52,795 bases of DNA. Source: Coniocarpon cinnabarinum. Lineage: Eukaryota. The DNA lies in the NCBI GenBank assembly GCA_051942205.1, contig JAVECO010000164.1:1-52795 (forward strand), in the 5' to 3' direction. How positions within the stretch are numbered: the first letter of the stretch is position 1; the number at the start of each line of letters is the position of its first letter. Shown piece after piece: positions 47,349 through 52,795 of the stretch. The position numbers and the translations under genes were made by a program. The notes below the pieces were generated by a model. That model searched no databases and was not told the DNA's origin. It saw only the letters and a list, made by a program, of their open reading frames with translations.

Positions 47349-48107
47349 TTAAAAAGTGGGCAGTGCCTTGCCCGTGATCACATCAAAGACCTTCTGCTCC
47401 GACAAGTCGGTCGTACGTTCAGGGTTAGACAGTTGATCCACAGCCTTGCTATCAACGTTACGAGTGAGATCATCAGCTTTGACCTCCTTGTACTGCTCAT
47501 TCCAACGCTCATGCGCCTTGTGGCCGCGCATCACACCGTCTGCAACAAGGATGTGCAGAATCATGATCACGAACATCAGCGGAAGCACTACAGCGCTTGT
47601 CAGTGCCGCTGCTGATGGATATCGCGCACTGCCGATAGCTTGGTGGAATGACTGCCGGATGGGTCGTCCGTCTACCACTTTAAGCGCTGCGTCCGCTGCG
47701 AGGCTCGAGAGCGGCGCCGCAGGCATCGTGATGGCGATGTTAAGTAGCGCAGCAAGGGTGACAACGATTTTGTCGCTCTCAGTGTGATACGTCTTTCGTG
47801 CGATTGCGGCAACAATGCCAGCACCAAGCGGAGCCCAAAAAGGTTTCAAGGAATAGACTGTCCACACGGGCGAGCCGAGGAAGTCGACATGGTAGTTGGT
47901 GAGCAGCGCAGATGCGCATGTGGCACCGAAGGTCAGCAGTGGAAGCGCGATCACAGTTGATGCCACGATCATGGCAGTGTTGAACATCAGTGCCCATGGT
48001 ATGGGAGGCTTGCGCTGCTGATGTGCTAGCTCGTCAATGAGACGTTGGATGTAGCGAGGCGTCACCATCGCCGAGATGACGAGGGTCACTAATGGGGCTG
48101 TCAACAT
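47349..48107 (-). CDS. Hypothetical multi-pass membrane protein, 252 aa
   Basis: ATG-initiated ORF with about 4-5 hydrophobic stretches and a charged C-terminal tail; no family recognised. Confidence 0.65.
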   Translation of the reverse strand: MLTAPLVTLVISAMVTPRYIQRLIDELAHQQRKPPIPWALMFNTAMIVASTVIALPLLTFGATCASALLTNYHVDFLGSPVWTVYSLKPFWAPLGAGIVAAIARKTYHTESDKIVVTLAALLNIAITMPAAPLSSLAADAALKVVDGRPIRQSFHQAIGSARYPSAAALTSAVVLPLMFVIMILHILVADGVMRGHKAHERWNEQYKEVKADDLTRNVDSKAVDQLSNPERTTDLSEQKVFDVITGKALPTF

Positions 48108-48971
48108 GATGCGTGGTATCAGAGCGCAAAATCTTAGAGTATTGAGTTTGAGATGATGGGGCTACGCGAGAAAATGGAAAGGGGAGACTCTAGCAGAACA
48201 GAGAAATGTGTTACGCAACGTTCAAGACAGCGGAGAGCAGATACACAGAGCGGCATGAAAAGAGAGGACTTGTTGACAGATGGCATCCATGTCGAGACGT
48301 GTCCTCAGAGCTTGCAGATGTCACTCCGACCTGGAATAGAAAGACAGTACTGGGTCTGCAAACGCGAGCTGCTTTAACCCAGCCATGATGGAGATTAAGT
48401 CACTCCAACTTGGGATGCTGTTGTGGTGCATGACTGACTTTTCGAAGCTACCATTCGAGCAAGATGCTGGAGTAGGATTATGAACGTCGTTGTCGAAGAA
48501 AAAAGCCTGTCCCGGTGGATATGTGGCCACTTAAGGGGAAGGGGCGCGCTTGCTATTGCCGCGTTTATCGAGATATAAGCGCCAGAGCGCCAAGATAGAC
48601 GCTAGACGCCGATCGTGGATCTGGCGAATCCTTGATCGTGTATTACGAAAGTCACGTGTGAGTCTCGAGTCCAGGTTTCACTCTATTGTGATCAACGTCA
48701 CTTCCAGCTGTTGCTAAGCTCAGCATGAGCTCGCTTTGCGCTTGAGAAAAAAGCGTTCTCGCCCGCCAGTTTGTGCCCAATCGCCGGACAATGTCAGCCT
48801 GCATCCTGGACAAGTGCGTCAGATTGGAGGCTTCTGCTGGCGTGCCCTCGGGTCCGCCTTGCGTGGTGGATGGAGACGACACCATGCGTCATAGATTCAC
48901 CACCATCTCATACGCGAGCACTTTGCTCTATTGTGTAGCTTCATTGTCCACTTGAATCTTCCACCCTCTGT

Positions 48972-50217
48972 ATGCGACCATTCTCAACTTTGCGCCCTGC
49001 TGTATTGGCTGCGTCGCGAAGATACAAACCATTCGTCTGCTTTCGACAAGTCCACAACCCACGAGCCGAACAAGACATGGATGCTTTGCAGTCCACGGCA
49101 GCCGAAAACCTGAAGGGAGGCAACATTACTGCCAAGCCTGAACACAAGTTTACTTTGGAGCAAGTCCCTCCCCAGGATGGTAAAGGTCAGGAGGAAACGC
49201 CTCCTTAAGCATTGCAACCACATATTGACAATCTGCAGTCGCTGTCGTGACAGGTGGATCTGAGGGTATTGGATATGGCTGCACTCATACGCTCTTGAGC
49301 CGGAATATTTCCAAACTCTTCATTCTTTCGGTTTCTGAGGAAGTGGTCAGCAAGGCTATTGACGCCGTGAGAGAAGAGCTGGGGCAAGAGGCGGCTAGCA
49401 AGACCGTCTGGTACCACTGCGACCTCTCTGACTGGAAGGAAGTCAGAGAAGTGGCCGAGACAATCAAGAAGCAAACGGATCGCTTGGACATACTCATCAA
49501 CAATGCGGCGAGAGGTATCATGACCGCGCAAAGAAATCAGCATGATGTAGATCTCCACATGGCAATCAACCACATGGGTGAGCCATCAAGGTGTCCTCTT
49601 TTTATTAAAAGAACTTTGGCTGACCAAACATCACAGGCCATGTAACACTAACATCACATCTTCTGCCCCTCCTCAAGAGCACCGCAGCAAAAGGCAACAT
49701 CGTCCGCATCGGCAACACCGCTTCCAACCTCCATCAATCAGCTCCCCCTGACACTAAATTTGCCTCGGTAGAAGAACTCAACAAAGACTACGGCCCCAAC
49801 ACACAATACGGCCGCGCTAAATTAGCCAACATCCTGTACGCGCGCTACCTCAACAAACACCTCACATCCGCCCACCCCAACATCCTCGCGAACGCCGTCC
49901 ACCCCGGCGTCGTCGCGACAAAGATGAGCTCAGAAGACATCCATGAACCGTATCCCCTAGCTGGGTATGGTCTCAGTACTGCGCTGCAGCCGTTTAAGAA
50001 GAATCAGTTTGAGGGATGTTTGAGTATGATGTTTGTGTCTACGTTTACGCGAAGGAGTGGAGAATATATTTGTCCGCCGGCGACGCCGGAGCAGGGGAGC
50101 GACTTGTCGAGAGATATGGAGTTGGCGGAGCAGCTGATGAAGTTGACGAAGGAGGTGGTGATGGAGAAGACGAAACCTGATTCTGTGGATCAGGGGTGTC
50201 CTTTTCAGATGTATTGA
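48972..50217 (+). CDS. Short-chain dehydrogenase/reductase, Bli-4-like (retinol dehydrogenase/WWOX-type), about 377 aa; introns 49186-49238, 49578-49636
   Basis: VAVVTGGSEGIGYGC, CDLSDW, DRLDILINNAARGIMT, HMAINHMGH, YGRAKLAN, ANAVHPGVVATKMS, IHEPYPLAGYG. Arg-rich, acid-poor N-terminal extension. Confidence 0.88.
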
Positions 50218-50439
50218 GTGATGCATTCAAAAATCATATATGTTGTGGTCGCGATTACGATGCACAGATCTTGGCAGACCGCTGAGTTGGTCCCATACAG
50301 TCTTCTTTTGCTAATGCTGGAGTTCCGCACTCACCGATTCCCGGGGCCGAGCGCCAGTCATCACGCATTCTTGACGTCCGCATTAACATTTAGGCGAGAT
50401 GGTTTCAAGCTGAGACACCATCATCGCCAATGCTGCAAC

Positions 50440-51023
50440 CTGTCTTCCCTCCACATAGCACCTCCCATCTCCCCATCAAGCAAAATGCATCCTCTCACCG
50501 CCTCATACCCTTTTTACCAACCTAGCCAATCCAACCCTCACCGTCCAAGAGCTGAAGACTCGATAGCAATAAATAGACAGCATGTCCCGCCACTGGTGCA
50601 TCAAACGCTGGGAGTCACCCGGAAGACTGAAGCACCAACTCGAAGTCTGGATCGACGAACCAACAGGCATGGCTTTATTCACACCACGCGCGAGTACTAG
50701 TGAAGCAGCTGAACATCTCAAGATCCTGAGTGAGCTTGCTGAGAAAGCGGCGGCGGAATTGGAGGAGGTCAGACGGGATACGATGCAGACTATTGTGACG
50801 ATTAGGTAGGTTATTTGGTTTTTATCTGGAGAATGTGGGGGTTGACTGTGAGGGGTTGACTATGGGGGGTTGACTATGGGGGGTTCAGAAGCTAACGAAC
50901 TGCAGTGATGTCAATTACGGTGAGAAAAGCGCAAAAGTGCATGTTGGAGTGTTTACGCGGATGAAGAGCTGTGGCGTTATGCGTTCAGGGAAGCATCCGG
51001 CTAAGACGATGAATGTGATGTGA
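50440..51023 (+). pseudogene. Degenerate or truncated copy of orphan family B; intron 50806-50905
   Basis: WCIKRWESPGRLKHQLEVWIDEPTGMAL...ELEEV...TIVTI and last exon DVNYGEKSA...HPAKTMNVM* parallel the gene at 51849. In-frame TAG/TAA stops lie just upstream of 50582, within sequence still homologous to the partner. Confidence 0.6.
50834..50887 (+). repeat. Intronic minisatellite t(g/a)tgggggttgac x about 4
   Basis: tgtgggggttgactgtgaggggttgactatggggggttgactatggggggggttca, i.e. four G-runs of 4 or more. Confidence 0.8.
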
Positions 51024-51848
51024 CGGAGGGATGGTGGGAGGGTGGGAGCCAGAGGTTTATATCATATTTAAAAGACACACCTCATCTGCCCCCTTGCCAT
51101 TCCCACTGCTCACTTTCTCTCCTTTACAGTGCTCCTCAAGGCGCGTCAACAGGCGGGGGAACAAGCGCGTTGCTGTGGGAAGCAAGAAAGCAATAGAACA
51201 TTATAGTATACATCAAGGTAACTACGACTCCAACTCTTCGAACAGATATCTCTGGAGTTTCGCTCGAGTAGGTGTCCAAATTGAGATTAGGTGGAATCGG
51301 TTGTTTAATTAGTTGTAGCTACTCATCAGGACATACAGGGGTGTGTTGGGGAGCGTGTGGTGCTGACGCGCAGTCGAATAATGCGTCAATGGAAACCCTG
51401 GGGCAAGACACTGACATTGCAATAGGACATCCATATCAAATGACGACATTGCTAAAGAATTAATCACATCACCCGTACCGGAGGATCCGTAGGATCGTTG
51501 CAAGTTCTTGGCCGCGCATCCTGCAACGTGGTCTTACATCTAGAGTTATCGTCATCCGCCCGGTGCCGGCAAACGCAATGCAGCTGCGCCCTCACCCCGT
51601 CTCACCTTTCATCTAGAACCCACATCGCATTGCAGTGTGAAGCAGTGGAAACCCTTTGCAGACCCGTCGTCGTGGAAGGGTGGGGCGAGGAGAGAGGAGG
51701 AAGGGGAAGAGGAAGGATGATCGGAGACTCAAAACCACAAGGAATTTCCCTGCCCAATTTATAGAACCGCCGAGTCTCTGCATGCTCTCCACAGAAGCTG
51801 ACCACCAAAGCGTTATCCTGAGATGGCGTTTGATTAACTCTAACGGCA

Positions 51849-52653
51849 ATGCGCATAGGCCTTTGCTTAAAGCTGGACGGTAGTGCAAGGAAACAGGGGG
51901 CTGAGGAAGGAAAGAGAGCACGGTTCTGGATGATGATGAGGATCAAAGCGATTAACGTAAAGGAGAAAAGCAAGTGTGTGTCTGAAACGTTAAGAATCTG
52001 GTACAAGGCTCTCCCGCCGCCCCCTCCGAAAGCTGCAAGGTGGTCTCACCTACCTCCAGAGTATCACGTCACCTTCCTTGCTCACTTACAAAGCTCCGCC
52101 GCATTCTCGCACCGTCTCACGCCTCGTCTATATGCCGCATCACGTGCACAATACGATAGCGGCTCTTCCACCGAAAGCATTGACATGGTCGTTGAGTACT
52201 GCAGCGTGAAGCAATGGAAGCCGTTCTCGGGCCGTCATCGCCACCGCGAGCTCGAAGCATGGCTTGAAGAGCCCGCAGGCCATGCGCTGGTGAAGGCGAA
52301 TGAGCAGCAAGAGAAAGGACATACGCAAAAGGAGGGGATCGTGGTTGAGCTTGTGCAGGAAGCGTCGGGGGAACTGGAAGAGATTGCTGGGACGAGTCTG
52401 CTGACGAATATCGTGGCGCTGAGGTATGTCTTCCTCGGTCTGTTTCCACATGTCATCAGAAAAGGTTTGGCTGAGCGTCCATGATCGGCTGCTGAGCGAT
52501 GATGGGCTTGCACGGTGCTGATGATGTTGTAGTAGCGTTGACTATGAAGGGAAGAGTGCGTGGGTGGTGTTTGGATGGCGGAACCGAATAGCTAGCAGTG
52601 GGATAATGCATGACGTCCGGCATCCAGGAAAGAGGATCACTTTGTCAGCATAA
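51849..52653 (+). CDS. Orphan protein family B (apparently intact copy; start uncertain); intron 52424-52532
   Basis: ORF with YCSVKQWKPF...ELEAWLEEPAGHAL...ELEEI...TNIVAL. gtatgt...ctgat...gtag joins to SVDYEGKSAW...HPGKRITLSA*, with the same intron position and phase as the copy at 50582. Confidence 0.65.
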
Positions 52654-52795
52654 GAGTACACACCTTAGACATTAGATGTAGAGGGCGATACAGTCTATAT
52701 TAAAGATTAAGAAAATAGTGTTAGCTTCTTAACCTCACGCACTCACCACTACCGGCCTCTCCTAGCCACTATCCCGTAGTAAGACGTATATTCAG

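Noticed and set aside
1..52795. tRNA, rRNA or snRNA genes and secondary-metabolite backbone genes
   Set aside because: None recognised by eye; a tRNAscan-SE/Infernal run would be needed to exclude small RNAs.

Overview
Eukaryotic DNA from a filamentous ascomycete (Pezizomycotina-type: short GT-AG introns with CTRAC/CTRAT branch sites, a Zn2Cys6 factor). The window has three parts. (1) About 0.2-13.4 kb is a gene-poor accessory zone holding orphan tandem paralogues, a 72-bp-repeat ORF between long inverted repeats, and a decayed ~240-bp-period repeat array. (2) About 13.5-38 kb is a compact block of conserved genes: Zn2Cys6 TF, IFA38, KRR1, ERG28, GAL7, YIP4, YRB2-like, FOX2, an orphan, ZNG1/CobW, YPK1 and ADA2. 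(3) About 38-52.8 kb is a second accessory zone with orphan membrane proteins, about 7 kb of apparently decayed sequence, a bli-4-like SDR and another orphan paralogue set. The two most interesting signals are splice-level. The last FOX2 intron, if retained, ends the two dehydrogenase domains with a perfect -SKL* peroxisomal signal, while the full-length protein ends -AKL*. The unusually long first intron of the zinc-chaperone gene ZNG1 contains a candidate 25-nt frameshifting exon inside a predicted hairpin. All gene models were spliced by hand and no database searches were run.
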